Positions 1 through 12,557 of a DNA stretch of 64,000 nt are shown here, in pieces; within the stretch, counting starts at the first letter, position 1, and the number at the start of each line of letters is the position of its first letter. The notes under the pieces are model-generated. The model saw only the letters and a list, made by a program, of their open reading frames with translations. It had not been told where the DNA came from and made no database searches. The stretch is from Octopus bimaculoides (taxonomy: Eukaryota). The position numbers and the translations under genes were made by a program. The stretch covers positions 33,826,965 to 33,890,964 of the forward strand of contig NC_068997.1 in assembly GCF_001194135.2 (NCBI RefSeq), written 5' to 3'.

Positions 1-455
1 GTGTAATTAAGAAAATGTAACTAACAAAATAAAATCAACAATATACCGCTTAAGGCTTTCAGAAAGCCCAAATAGCAAACTTTCCAAGTAGCGCAATCAT
101 TTTCGGTCGGCCCTTCTTACAATTTTTCCTTGTTGGTTTTGTTATTTAAGCCAGCCAGCTTCCTTTAAGCTCGAGTGTCACCAACCCTAACCCATTAGAT
201 GGTTCCTGTATTATTTAAATGTCGTTTTAAGTTGATCCCTTCGGTATTAATGCGAGCTGTTATGTGTGTGTGTGTGTGTGTATGTGTGTGTGTGTGTGTG
301 TGTGTGTTTGCGTGCGTCCGATATGTGATGTGTATGTTATTAGTACGCATATAGGTGTGCGAAGTTAATGCTGGGTGTATACTTTCTGCACTTATTTGTG
401 GCTAGACAATGTGATTAGTGGGTGGTTCGCCTATGTGGGATTCGTGTCTTTCTGT

Positions 456-502
<47 letters not shown>

Positions 503-1803
503 TGTGTATGTGTGTGTGTGTGTGTGTGTGGTGTCTACGTTTGTATATTTGGAAGCTTGTTTTTGTATTATTCTTTTATTAGTCTTTTACTGGTTTCAGT
601 CATTGGGTTGCGACCACGCAGGGGCACAGCTTTCAAGGGTTGTAGTCGATTACATCAGTCATAATATTTATTTCGAACTGGTATTTATTTTATCTATTTG
701 TCGAACCACGTGGTTATATAGTATAATTAAAACCGGGTTTTAGACTAGAATAGCTCCAGCAGAAACTCGCATGCACGTGCGCGCACACACACACACACGC
801 TCTCACACACGCACACATACATGCATGGTGGAAGTCGACTTGTGAACGAGTAAGGCCACTTCCTACTGCCATTTCACTCTAAGAAACTTCTCAAATTTGG
901 TATTCCCATCGCTAAAAGCCTCTTATATGGAATCTAAGGACTACAAGAGACTTACAAGTCATGCCACGCCGATTACAAGTCGACTTCTCCTTAGCAGCAG
1001 CCCAACTATATAGATGTCGAGGCCTATAATGCCGAGTGAATCGACTGGTTGACCTAAACATTCGGATATCACATTTGGTTTACAATGGGGGTGCATCTAT
1101 GACCACACTTGCGGCTGAGTACAGACATACATATGCACGCACACACGCATATGCATATATGCACATATATGTATAACAATGGAAAATTGTACAGTTTCTG
1201 TGTAAGACTCCCACCTATAAGGTGTTGGTATCGAACTCGGAACCTCTTTGTTGCTAAGCAAACTCATTAATCCCATAGTCATGCCATGCACCTATGTATA
1301 CATATATAGGTAATTTTGCGATATGTTCTGTATGCATGCATATAAGTAATCAATGGGTGAATAGCTTGTGTATGTGCCAACTGTGTCAATGTAGGTGCGT
1401 GTTGAAGTGACAGTTTGCTTATGCATGGCTCCTCGTTGTATGCGAGTATCATAAATCAAAGTGTATTTACTTGTGTGTCTGCGTGCGAGAGTGGGTATAT
1501 ATATATATATATATATATATANNNNNNNNNNNNNNNNNNNNNNNNNNNNNNNNNNNNNNNNNNNNNNNNNNNNNNNNNNNNNNNNNNNNNNNNNNNNNNN
1601 NNNNNNNNNNNNNNNNNNNNNNNNNNNNNNNNNNNNNNNNNNNNNNNNNNNNNNNNNNNNNNNNNNNNNNNNNNNNNNNNNNNNNNNNNNNNNNNNNNNN
1701 NNNNNNNNNNNNNNNNNNNNNNNNNNNNNNNNNNNNNNNNNNNNNNNNNNNNNNNNNNNNNNNNNNNNNNNNNNNNNNNNNNNNNNNNNNNNNNNNNNNN
1801 NNN

Positions 1804-1935
1804 ACGACTATCAACACAGTCTACACCTACTCTACGCACTCTCTCGATACTGGCCAACGTCACCTTACTTATAGTGATTCTCATTCCACTCGTCACGTGG
1901 GAGAGGTGTACCATTATTACTAATACCCCACAACA
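1804..1935 (-). repeat. 3' LTR of the gypsy element (remainder in N gap)
   Basis: Preceded on the minus strand by the polypurine tract; identical to 4491-4622. Confidence 0.85.
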
Positions 1936-2007
1936 TCTCCCTTTTTAAGTTTTTCTTAGGTAATGTCATTTTATTTAGCAATAATATTTTTATACTCCCC
2001 ACCTCGC

Positions 2008-2815
2008 TTAAAATTTTTTTTTTACGAGCAATTTAATATTTTTTCTCTTGGCATCTATTTTCAGGAACTCTGTATGTTTTCTTTTCCTTTCACTTGTACG
2101 CTTATGTTGGATCACCTGCAGTGGCGTTGGTACATGGAACGCATTGTACAACCATTCCATCGGTTCCTCCAACTTCTTTGGTTCGCTCTCCACGAATCTT
2201 GTTTTCAATTGGTTCCTATGTCTCTTTTGTATGCCTTTCTACTTTTTACCCAATACATCATTTCACCTATGTATTAGATAATTTCGCCCCCTTCCCAGTT
2301 CTGCTTTCTTTATTTGTATGTCCTCAAATACACCTTATCACTAACGTTAAAAAATCATTCCCTGGCACTTTTTTCTTTTCTTGCCCGGTAACAATTTATC
2401 CAAAATTGATTTTACTTTTCTTGCAAACATCAGCTCCACCGGTGAGCTACCTGCTAGTCTATTCGGATTTGGTATTACACGGTACACTTTTAAAAATTGT
2501 TGTAGAGCTACCTCATCCGTGCTTTCCTTATTTGCTTTTCTTAAAGTTCTTTTGAAGGTATCAACAAAGCGTTCTGCCAGTCCAGTTAGATCTGGGCTGG
2601 TATGACACCGTAGTTATATGTTCCACTGCGAACATTTCACAAATTTTTAAAAATTCGTTAGACACAAATTGTGTTCTATTGTCAGACACTATCTTGTCTG
2701 GGATGCAAAATCTTGCAAACAATTCGTGTAAAAAATTTATCACAGTTGGGGAAGTTGGTTTTTTACACTTACAAATTTCAGGCCATTTTGAAAAACTACC
2801 AACTACTACTAACAT
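2008..2815 (-). pseudogene. gypsy integrase remnant
   Basis: VVVGSFSKWPE...LFARFCIPDKIVSDNRTQFVSNEF...YQPRSN (rve-like), followed by a degenerate C-terminal tail. Confidence 0.8.
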
Positions 2816-2836
2816 TTTTTTCGCGAACGGTACATT

Positions 2837-3241
2837 TCATTTTGATTTAAATAAATGTGTTCCACTTTGTTTTACTGCGATTTTTTTTTCAGTATTTGAA
2901 CCTTCGACTGAGGCAACTATATTTCTAAACAAACCACTTATGGGCTTATTCCATAAATTAAATAGTTGTAGCCACTCTATGCCAAATAAATTAAGTGAAT
3001 GTTTTAATACATATATCTTAGCCTTTTCCGTTTGATCTCGAAATGTTACGTTACATACGCATCCACCGATAAAATATAATCTTTTCTCCGTAACACCATG
3101 TGCTACCTTTTTAGATTTAATTAATTTCGGCTTACCGATATGTGTCCACGTCTTTTCGTTTATAATAGTCATGTCACTACCTGTGTCGAACTTCAGTTTT
3201 GCACTTGTATTTTTGATTTTCACATTCACGAATTTTCTCAT
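2837..3241 (-). pseudogene. gypsy aspartic protease remnant
   Basis: KLKFDTGSDMTII active-site motif and NLFGIEWL. Confidence 0.85.
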
Positions 3242-3243
3242 CG

Positions 3244-4190
3244 TTATGTCATTTTCCTTCTACATTGCATCTTAATATGTTCTATATTACCACAACGTGA
3301 GCCCTCTGCTGTTTTAATTGGACAATTTTTCCTCAGGTGCATACCATCACATGCAAGACATGGGTTTATATTCTGATGTTTGTCGTGTATTTTAGAAAAC
3401 ACTGTATCTCTATTCAGACTACCCCGCATTGGTTTTACTTGGAAACAATCTTTGCGTTCAATTTCCTCTGTGTCGAGTCTTAATTTGACTATCCTTTCAC
3501 ATTCTTTGGACACTTTTTGTAGGGTTACATCCTGGTCTTGCTCCAGCTTTGCAAAAATTCTAGATCTGACTTCTGCGCCTTTTTCGGCTGCTAGTCCCTG
3601 TATAAAAAATCAGGCATTTGAACATATCCTGACTTAATTTATCCAGCTTAAACTTCTCACATTCCCTGTTTACTCTACCAGCACATGTGATGTAGTCTTC
3701 GTAGTTGTTTTTCTCTATGTTCAGACACTTCCAACGTGTGTTGAACAATGAGCTTTTTTCACTCACAATATATCAATTGTGTCATTAAAGTTTACTTCCG
3801 AAGGTTTTCTTGGGAGTACAAAATTACTGTATCATTCATGTTCTGTTGGTACCAGTTTTCTCAAGATTAAGCGCCTTTTCATCTCGTCGTCCCAATCTTT
3901 ACATTCTTTAACGAAGACTTGCTCATATCTTCTGTAGTGTGCATCGAAGGTAACTCCTTCGTCAGGTTCGTATTTGAATTCGGTTAGTGAATTCGCGACA
4001 TAGTGTGGCGGGAACACTTTTTCTGATTTTCCTGACGAATTCAATAATTGCAGCATTTATTGCTGTAATATTATTTGTTGTTGTTGTTGTTGCTGCTCTT
4101 GTTTCTCTTGCAGTTGTGCTTGCTGTTGTTGTTGCCGCTTTTGCTACTCGAGCAAAGCTTTCAACAACTTTTCTATACTTTTACGTTTTT
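3244..4190 (-). pseudogene. gypsy gag remnant (frameshifted)
   Basis: Q-rich N-terminus; EFKYEPDEGVTFDAHYRRYE; KSSLFNTRWKCLNI; zinc-knuckle remnants CLACDGMHLRKNC and CGNIEHIKMQC. Confidence 0.8.
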
Positions 4191-4280
4191 TTGTAAAATT
4201 CGTACCCCAACTTTGTGAGTTTGTTAACTCCTCTTTGAGTTTCTATTAACTCCACGTGAATTGGTTTATCCTCGTTGCCA

Positions 4281-4622
4281 CTATCATCAAGCGGTCTTTT
4301 GTCACTCTTGTATCTGTCTTTGTACGATGGTTGTCGCTCTGACAGATATTGTTATATTCCGAAGTCGTAGACAGAATGGTGCTATCTGGCACTGTACGAC
4401 CCCCAGTCGTACAGTGTTATTATCCTCAAAAGGCTGGCTCGTTATAACGTCCACTCAGTATTACAGTATGATCACTATATCAGCACTGACACGACTATCA
4501 ACACAGTCTACACCTACTCTACGCACTCTCTCGATACTGGCCAACGTCACCTTACTTATAGTGATTCTCATTCCACTCGTCACGTGGGAGAGGTGTACCA
4601 TTATTACTAATACCCCACAACA
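4281..4622 (-). repeat. 5' LTR of the gypsy element (~340 bp)
   Basis: Starts TGTTGTGGGG and ends next to the PBS. The 132 bp that can be compared match the other LTR exactly. Confidence 0.85.
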
Positions 4623-4656
4623 CACATATTACATATGTATATGTGTATGTCTGTAT

Positions 4657-4687
<31 letters not shown>

Positions 4688-5879
4688 ATCGCATTAAATT
4701 TATTGCAAATTTGTTTTGAGCAGAACTTCAAATTTTGCCTGGAGGCCTGAATAGTGAGCCGGTTAAAAAGTTTCAGTTAATACATACATTGTGTGTGTAT
4801 GTATGCATATGTATATATATATGTGTGTGTGTATGTGTATATATATATATGTATATATGTATATATATATATACACACACATATATATATATGTATGTAT
4901 ATATGTATATATATATATATATTACACATATATATGTATATATATTAGTATACATTATATATATATATATATACACATATACATATTACATATATATTTA
5001 TGTGTATACACACACTCATATGTGGTACTTTATTAGAATACTTTATGCATATTCAAAGACATACGGTTAGTATGAATTTTGTGAGTGTCGGAACAGTAAT
5101 AGGCTACAACATAAACTTTTTCCTGTGGTCATCGTTAATTCATTTGAAATTCAAAGCTTGGGTGAACGAACAGTTGAATACCAAAATATTTTAAACACAC
5201 AACATGTGATTTGGGTTGATATGTTGCAACAGGTACAAAATTCCGACCTGAAAGACAGGCCGTTTAAAACAAATATATTCAAAAACTTTCCCAACTAATA
5301 CAGGATGTAGTTAAAGAAATAACGGAAAATTAGCTTAAAGATACCCAGTCAAAAGGCATAAAAATCAATATAGGAGTCTATAATATTCCTTATGTATCAG
5401 AAATCTTATTGCTAACTCATTGGTATCTTGACTATCAAATCGAAGCTACACAAGAAAGAGGAAAAGACATCTTGCAAGTGATAGCTTGTCAGTACTACTT
5501 TACGTCTTCTCGTTAAATCCATTAAAAATACTAACCACATCAGAAACAATCAGATCTTATTACCCAGTATTTCATAAGCAATACAATGATGTTTGGTGAA
5601 TTCAGATGTGCGTTTTTGTTGGCAAGGAGAGGAAAATTTGCTTCCTCTCATTAAAAACATAAAACAACTTGACAATATTGTTGTTACATTTGAACGAAAG
5701 GTATCTTGGCCAGAATGATATTATGTGTGACGGACTTATTAATATGGAGGACGAATAAAAGAAATGTTTCAAAAGAATTATGAAAATATGAAAATCTCTG
5801 TCTAATCGATCACGATACCTTTGTAATGCCAGTGCTGGATGCCTACATTTGGCATTCTGAATTGGTGACCACAAGAACT

Positions 5880-6780
5880 GAAAGACTCAAAAACTACTCA
5901 CTATCATTAGAAATTTCGATGTCACTGAGGATCTAGACAGAGTGTATTTTCCATGGAAGAAGGATGGCCTTCGTCTTGAATATCTGTTAACATTTAACAA
6001 TGAAATAATATTTACAGCAGAGAAAAAAAAACAACGATCTCGCTCAGGTTTTGGAGCACGAACCTAAAACATTATTAGGGCGGGTAGTAAATTTGAAAGC
6101 GGACATATATCAACATCTGACATTGATGTCTCTCCGAGGAAAAGTGAGATCGCATGGAAACATTGTAATAGAATACTCTCAAACGAAAATCAGAAGAAAC
6201 CAGTGGAGGAAATAAGCTACATTAAATGTCATGGAATACCTACTAGTTCATAGCAATTCAACTTGAAGATTGGTGAATTCAATCCAGGTGTCAAAGTTAT
6301 TCACCAACTACCTAGTAACAATTGTAGATTATGCAAAACACAAACCAAAGCCATTAGCGACACCATTGCCAACTGTGGGGAAATGTCCTGTAGTTATCAC
6401 TTTCCTACGTATATGATATGATAGGTAGATCAATGTGAAATAGATGAGCAAGAAAAAATAACAAATGCAGTCAAACATATTGAGATCAATGGACCAACAA
6501 AATATTAAGTGGAACCTATTCTCAAGGGCATAGACAATAAACAAGTTAAAACAACTGATTTTTGGATAGGAATTACAAAAACGTGTCCTGATGTGGTAAG
6601 AAACATACAGGACAAAGAAGAAATGCATGGGCAGTTGAAGAAGATTTTTGTAAATCCAGTACCCAAAATACACTTTTAGCTATATACCCATGGTTAGTGG
6701 AACAACCTGATATGCACAAATCCGCCAAAATCAAAGTATATCTAAATCCTTAAGAGTTAGAGGTTGAACTGTACAATGAA
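5880..6780 (+). mobile_element. Highly degenerate RLE-type (R4/Dong-like) non-LTR retrotransposon 3' part
   Basis: Broken frames resembling RVYFPxKEGG and CRLCKTQTKAISDTIANC, with a low-similarity endonuclease region. Confidence 0.45.
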
Positions 6781-6953
6781 TAACAAAGAGAAAAAAAAAC
6801 TTAAAAATAAAAAAGAAAAGACTTCTCTACAACCTGCCACTGAGGAGGTGGCCGGGCAAAATAATGCGTGAAACCCCGATCGGAAAGAGAACGGACATAC
6901 ATGCATTCACACACACATACACACACACGCACACACACATATATATATACTAT

Positions 6954-7110
6954 GAGCTTCTTTCAGTTTCTGTCTAATCTATCAAATCCACTCACAAGGC
7001 TTTGGTCGGCCCGAGGCTATAGTAGGAGAGACTTGCCCAAGGTGCCACGTAGTGGGACTGAATCCGGAACTGTGTAGTTGGGAAGCAAACTTCTTACCAC
7101 ACATCCACAC
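6954..7110 (-). mobile_element. SINE family B, tRNA-like head
   Basis: Head related to ggcgtggctgtgtggtaagaag..ggttcagtccc..ccttgggcaagtg. Confidence 0.8.
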
Positions 7111-8689
7111 TTGTGCCTTTATTTATATATATATANNNNNNNNNNNNNNNNNNNNNNNNNNNNNNNNNNNNNNNNNNNNNNNNNNNNNNNNNNNNNNNNN
7201 NNNNNNNNNNNNNNNNNNNNNNNNNNNNNNNNNNNNNNNNNNNNNNNNNNNNNNNNNNNNNNNNNNNNNNNNNNNNNNNNNNNNNNNNNNNNNNNNNNNN
7301 NNNNNNNNNNNNNNNNNNNNNNNNNNNNNNNNNNNNNNNNNNNNNNNNNNNNNNNNNNNNNNNNNNNNNNNNNNNNNNNNNNNNNNNNNNNNNNNNNNNN
7401 NNNNNNNNNNNNNNNNNNNNNNNNNNNNNNNNNNNNNNNNNNNNNNNNNNNNNNNNNNNNNNNNNNNNNNNNNNNGTAAAATTGCAAACAAGCCACCCTT
7501 ATTATTCATGTGCGTGCGTGTGTGTGTGTGTGTGTGTGTGCATGTGTGTGTGTGTGTGCATGTGTGTGTGTGTGCATGTGTGTGTGTGTGTGTACATGTG
7601 TGTGTGTGTACATGTGTGTGTGTGAGTAACTGTGTATTCAACAATTATAAATTTATGTAAAATCTGTGTCTCTTAATCTCTCATAGAAATACATTTTACA
7701 TTGTCTCTTATTTTTGATATGGACAATAGGAGGAAAATCAATTTCATGATAGTGACATTGCTTGCACCCACGTGGCAGGGATCAGAATCTTGACCTTCAT
7801 CGTACCATAATATTATTTAAAACATCATCCAAAAGGAAATTAATTTATCTTACAGAAAAAAAAAAGTTGCTGGCGTTATCTATACATTTGATTTCGTTCA
7901 ATCTCAACCAAAGTGTAATAAAAATTAGAATGAAAAGTCAACCAGAAACATACTTTGATCCCGTGTTAACTCCATGAAACATCATGGCATAACCTTAAAT
8001 ATACTACACAGGCCTTCCGAGAGAAGACCAAACGATGATAAACAAAACAGCAGAACATTTTACATCATCTGTAGATAGCCGTTGGTAATAATCGATTCAA
8101 TCACCCTGCTGCGCTCACCACTTTAAATATAATATTGTCAATAACTCATCACCATCATCTCAAGCTCGTTCTGAAATACATTATCTGAATCAGTAATTAT
8201 TAGCATCTATAAATAGATTAAAATACAATTACATATTCTATTGTATTCTTTTATTGTTATGGTTGTTATTTTTATGGTTTTAACTCCAATTTACCAGTTA
8301 GACTGTTGTTCTGGCGGCAACTAATTACTATTATGACTATTCAAAATATTGACCCTATCGTAAGAGCTGGTAGTATAAACAGCCTTTACCAAAAGAAATA
8401 TATAAAATACTAAGGAAATCTGTTATTTTTTAACAATAGTGTTGTTGTTGTTTAACCCTAAGTCAGCTTTTATTAAGCGCACTTATGGTCAAAGACATCC
8501 CAATCATTACCATCACGTCTTTTTGACCATATGCAGGAATATATTATCCAAAACCACCTTCCTTTTCTCAAGACAATAGTGTAAGACTTGAAGATTTGGT
8601 TGCCATTTCCAGGCTGGTCCAACGACCAAATATATATCCAAGCTCCCTCTTTGGCTCATAGAGATTTTGCGGTAGAATCTAATGTTGTG

Positions 8690-9245
8690 AGAGAGTAGTG
8701 TTTTAGTAAAGGAGTGCCGTGAAGTCCAGTTTGAGTTTTAGTAGAGGAATACCATGTGTTACAATGCTTCAGTAAGGTTATGTTGCGGAGTTATTTCGGT
8801 GTTGTCTTGCTTCTTTTTAATAAGAGAAAGTAATATAGTTCAAAACTGTATCCTGTGGTGGTTTAATAACGAAAAATAGTGTTGTACTATTTTGTCTAAG
8901 TACGTTAGAAGAGAAATGTTTAGTACAATATTATGTAGTGTTTCAGTAAAAAAATACATGCAGTGAAATACAATGTTTTGTTGTGTGGTGCTTTATTAAA
9001 GGAATGTATTATGTTGCAATGCAGTGTAATATAGGGTTTATTTATGAAATATAATAACACCCGATGTAGAGTAGACTTTTTGTGAAGGAGTATGATCTAG
9101 TAGTGTGGGAATACTACAAGGCAATACTTGTAGTGTTCTGTAGTGATTTTGCTAAGGAATGCAGTATTTGAGTAAAAGAATGTAATACTTTAGTATACGA
9201 TAATCCAATATAGTATGGCGTTTTAATAAAGGAAAGCAGTGTCTA
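8690..9245. repeat. Decayed minisatellite
   Basis: About 10 recurrences of ttt(t)agtaaaggaatg-like motifs. Confidence 0.5.
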
Positions 9246-9984
9246 TAATTGAATACCTGATTACAAAAACTGCATTTGGCCAACATCATGAAACGAAAAT
9301 ATATGTAATTTAACATAGAGATTAGTAATATATAAATCTAAAATTTTATACATCCACTGATTTATTTTTGGATCTTTGGAATTTGTGATTACTCCTTGGT
9401 CAACCTAAAAGCAGACATTCAATTTGACTTTATATCAGTGGTATCGCTCACGAAGATAGAAAGGTGTGCAGCAATATCAGTCAGTCTACCCTACAATTTG
9501 CAACTCAATATTTAACATTAATTGTTGTACCATCATGTTTTTATCAAATAAATGTTCCCTGTAGAAGTAATTATTTTTATACTTTACTTTTCGATTTGAT
9601 ATTTTAAACATTTACGTCAGGACAACTGAAAACCCGGACTCAGCATTTTACACTAACGAAACACTCATTAGCTTGACTATGTTGCTGCTGATGAACTCGG
9701 CCGTTGATAGTTAAAATATATTGTCTAATATAGTGGCATAGACATCTTTCGGTTGGCCAGCTGCTTTGTTAAAGTCATATTAGCATGGATTCAATTTAAA
9801 TAAAAATTAGAGGAAACTACAATGCAGCAAAGTTCATACATTTATCAATATCATTGGGAACATAAGTAAAATTACTACGTTCGTCTCACTAGCAACACTC
9901 ATACCACATGTAATTGTTAATGGTTGCAGCATCATAATTATTTATAGATTACAGACTTCATTCAGACTAGTGCATCATTTAGGA

Positions 9985-10275
9985 GCCAGTCTGGCGGAGA
10001 ATATTGTATTTAAGTCAGCACAGTGAAGAATATACTATATGTGTCAATCTGATGGAAAATGCAGTATGTCTGTGAGTATGGCGGAGGATGCAGTGTGAGT
10101 CAGTCTGATGGAGGATACAGTATGTTTATCTGTCAGTATTGTGGAAAATAGAGTGTCTGTCAGTTTGGTGGAGAATAAATTACGTGTTTCTTTTTGGTGG
10201 ATAATATGCATTTATGTCGGTATAGTGGAGGATATGGTGTATCAGTACAATGGAGAATATATCTCTGCGGGAGTT
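9985..10275. repeat. Decayed ~25-30-bp minisatellite
   Basis: Recurring gtcagtNtgNtggagaata motif, about 10 units. Confidence 0.6.
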
Positions 10276-11553
10276 TGAATATAATCGGAAATCACACACA
10301 ACATACAAAAAAAATATACGCGCGCGCGCGCGCGAGTATTTGCGAGCAGCCGAGTAGTTTTCGTTATTTCCTGTTGTTATTGCCTCATACTGTTGCCTTT
10401 GAGAGAAGCATGATTGTTTTAATTCTCATCTCTCTCTCTCTCTCTCTCTCTCTCTTCACACAAATCAATTCTATCACATGCCATATGTTATAACGTATAA
10501 AATTGTCTATTGAAGCAAGCCTTTAAGAGATCATATAAACGACAACCATTTCAATACAAAAGTTATGATTCAATATGCAATTATTTATAATTTGTTATTC
10601 ACAGTATTATTATTGTCAAACTTATGGATCCTATCATCATTCAAGCTAAACTCACAAGAGGATTTGAGATTAGTGCTACAGTTTAACTAAACACAAACCG
10701 GTCAATTAGACCTGCCTTTCGATTACTCACAACAGCCTGTTCTTCATCTCTTTTGTACATGCTTACAAGTTGATGGACATTTGAAGCATTCTGTTATTGT
10801 TTTACTTGTGCCAGTTATTGGACTGCGGCCATGCAGGGGTATCCATATCGACTTCAGTATTTCTTTTCGCCTGGTACTGATTTTACCAATCATTCTTTAT
10901 CGTTAAATTACATTTTGACATAAAGGAAAGTTATGGCGGCTTACGCAAGTAAATGGAAACAGATACAACGGAAATAAACACGCATCCGCAGGCATGCATA
11001 CATGCTATTGCGTATCTTTGGAAGTGACAGCTCAGACATAGGAATCACCAATTTTTTGACCGATCTCCCGGCATCTAATAGGCATAATCTGCTGTGAATC
11101 AATGAAACACAGTGCTAGGAGACCATTAATTCAAGTGTAACAGAGAGGAGTTATGGATCAATTAAAATTGATGGTGGACATGAAGAATTATATTGAAGTA
11201 TTGGGAATTCTGAATAACTATGGTTAACAAAATCTTTATTTAAAAACAACATTCTGTAAAATATTTGCCAAACTTAGCGACTGTATTTCAGCAATCTGTC
11301 TTTCTCGGTAACTCTCCACCCCCTCTCTATTACAGGAGCTTCAGAGAAAACATAACATTCGATAAAGCTGGAATTATTTTTGTGACGGCCTTAGCAAGAT
11401 AGTTATTTATACAAGTGTCAACGCTAATTTGTCTGTTTTCTGGCAGTCAGCCAATACAACCAGAAATCTGATAGCGTTTTGTCTGCCGGAGTCAGGAAGA
11501 ATTCTGTAGGTCGGCCGCTTTTCTATCGTCTCTGATACTATCTGTGTATACTG

Positions 11554-11650
<97 letters not shown>

Positions 11651-11816
11651 ATACACACGTGTGCGCGTATCTGCAACTTTTTCGGCTTACACCTTGGCAA
11701 GAATTTAGTTAGTCTCCTCTGAGGTTTCAGTAACATACTAGTTTTTCTCGATATTACTAGCCCTTCGTTCAACCATCCTCCCACGATCCTCCTCATTGTG
11801 CAACGTAGCCGTTTCC

Positions 11817-11850
<34 letters not shown>

Positions 11851-12086
11851 NNNNNNNNNNNNAGAGAGAGAGAGAGAGAGAAAGAAAGAGAGAGAAAGAG
11901 AAAGAAAAAAGAGAGAAAGAGAAAGAAAAGATTGAGAAAGAAAGAAAGAACGAGAGAGAGAGATCGGACCAGTACTTGATTGGTACTTTATATATCGACG
12001 GGATGAAGGGACAAAAAGTCAAGAGGATTTCAGCGGTGTTTTATCTCAAAGTGTAGATAGCCTGAACAAATACCACAAAGTATTCT

Positions 12087-12329
12087 CAGTGGTTTTTGAC
12101 CTATAGGCCCCTTTGATTCCTATTTTACTCAACTGGACATCCATAGCCATTTGTTGTCTATATAAAAAATACTACTGTATTTTTCTAATTAAACATTATT
12201 AGGGGTTGTATGGAACAATTAAAATATTTTGTGTTGCAGAAGTATAAGCAATTTATTGCACTTCACTTTTAACAGCAAACTCTTATATGGGTCGTTGAGG
12301 GTCATATGGACCCCGGCTGAGAACCACTA
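12087..12329. mobile_element. Probable hAT/Charlie-type MITE
   Basis: Ends CAGTGGTTTTTGACC and the reverse of TAGTGGTTCTCAGCC resemble CAGTGGTTCTCAACC hAT termini; no 8-bp TSD seen. Confidence 0.45.
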
Positions 12330-12488
12330 TCCTATCGGATGATCTAATGCCCTTGCTAATTCACCACCACCTACTGTATAAATGGTGTGAGTGAATGTGT
12401 GTAAATGTGTGTGAGAGAGACAGAGAGAGAGTATGTGTGTGTGTGTGAGAGAGAGAGAGAGAATGTGTGTGTGAGAGAGAGAGAGTAT

Positions 12489-12523
<35 letters not shown>

Positions 12524-12525
12524 TA

Positions 12526-12557
<32 letters not shown>

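Larger units (their letters stand above)
1804..4622 (-). mobile_element. Ty3/gypsy LTR retrotransposon, internally deleted (no RT/RNase H)
   Basis: Direct repeats 1804-1935 = 4491-4622, both starting TGTTG on the minus strand. PBS-like TGGCAACGAGG at 4270-4280 and PPT AAAAAGGGAGA at 1936-1946. gag, protease and integrase remnants lie in order. The left end runs into an N gap. Confidence 0.9.

Noticed and set aside
3987-4719. Plus-strand ORFs over the gypsy gag/LTR, and similar antisense ORFs over the Tx1, Dong and mariner elements
   Set aside because: Antisense shadows of TE coding regions, with no domain motifs
8452-8630. Old dispersed repeat with relatives near 13090-13260, 53395-53540 and 56320-56480
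   Set aside because: Too diverged to bound or classify by eye; not given a feature call
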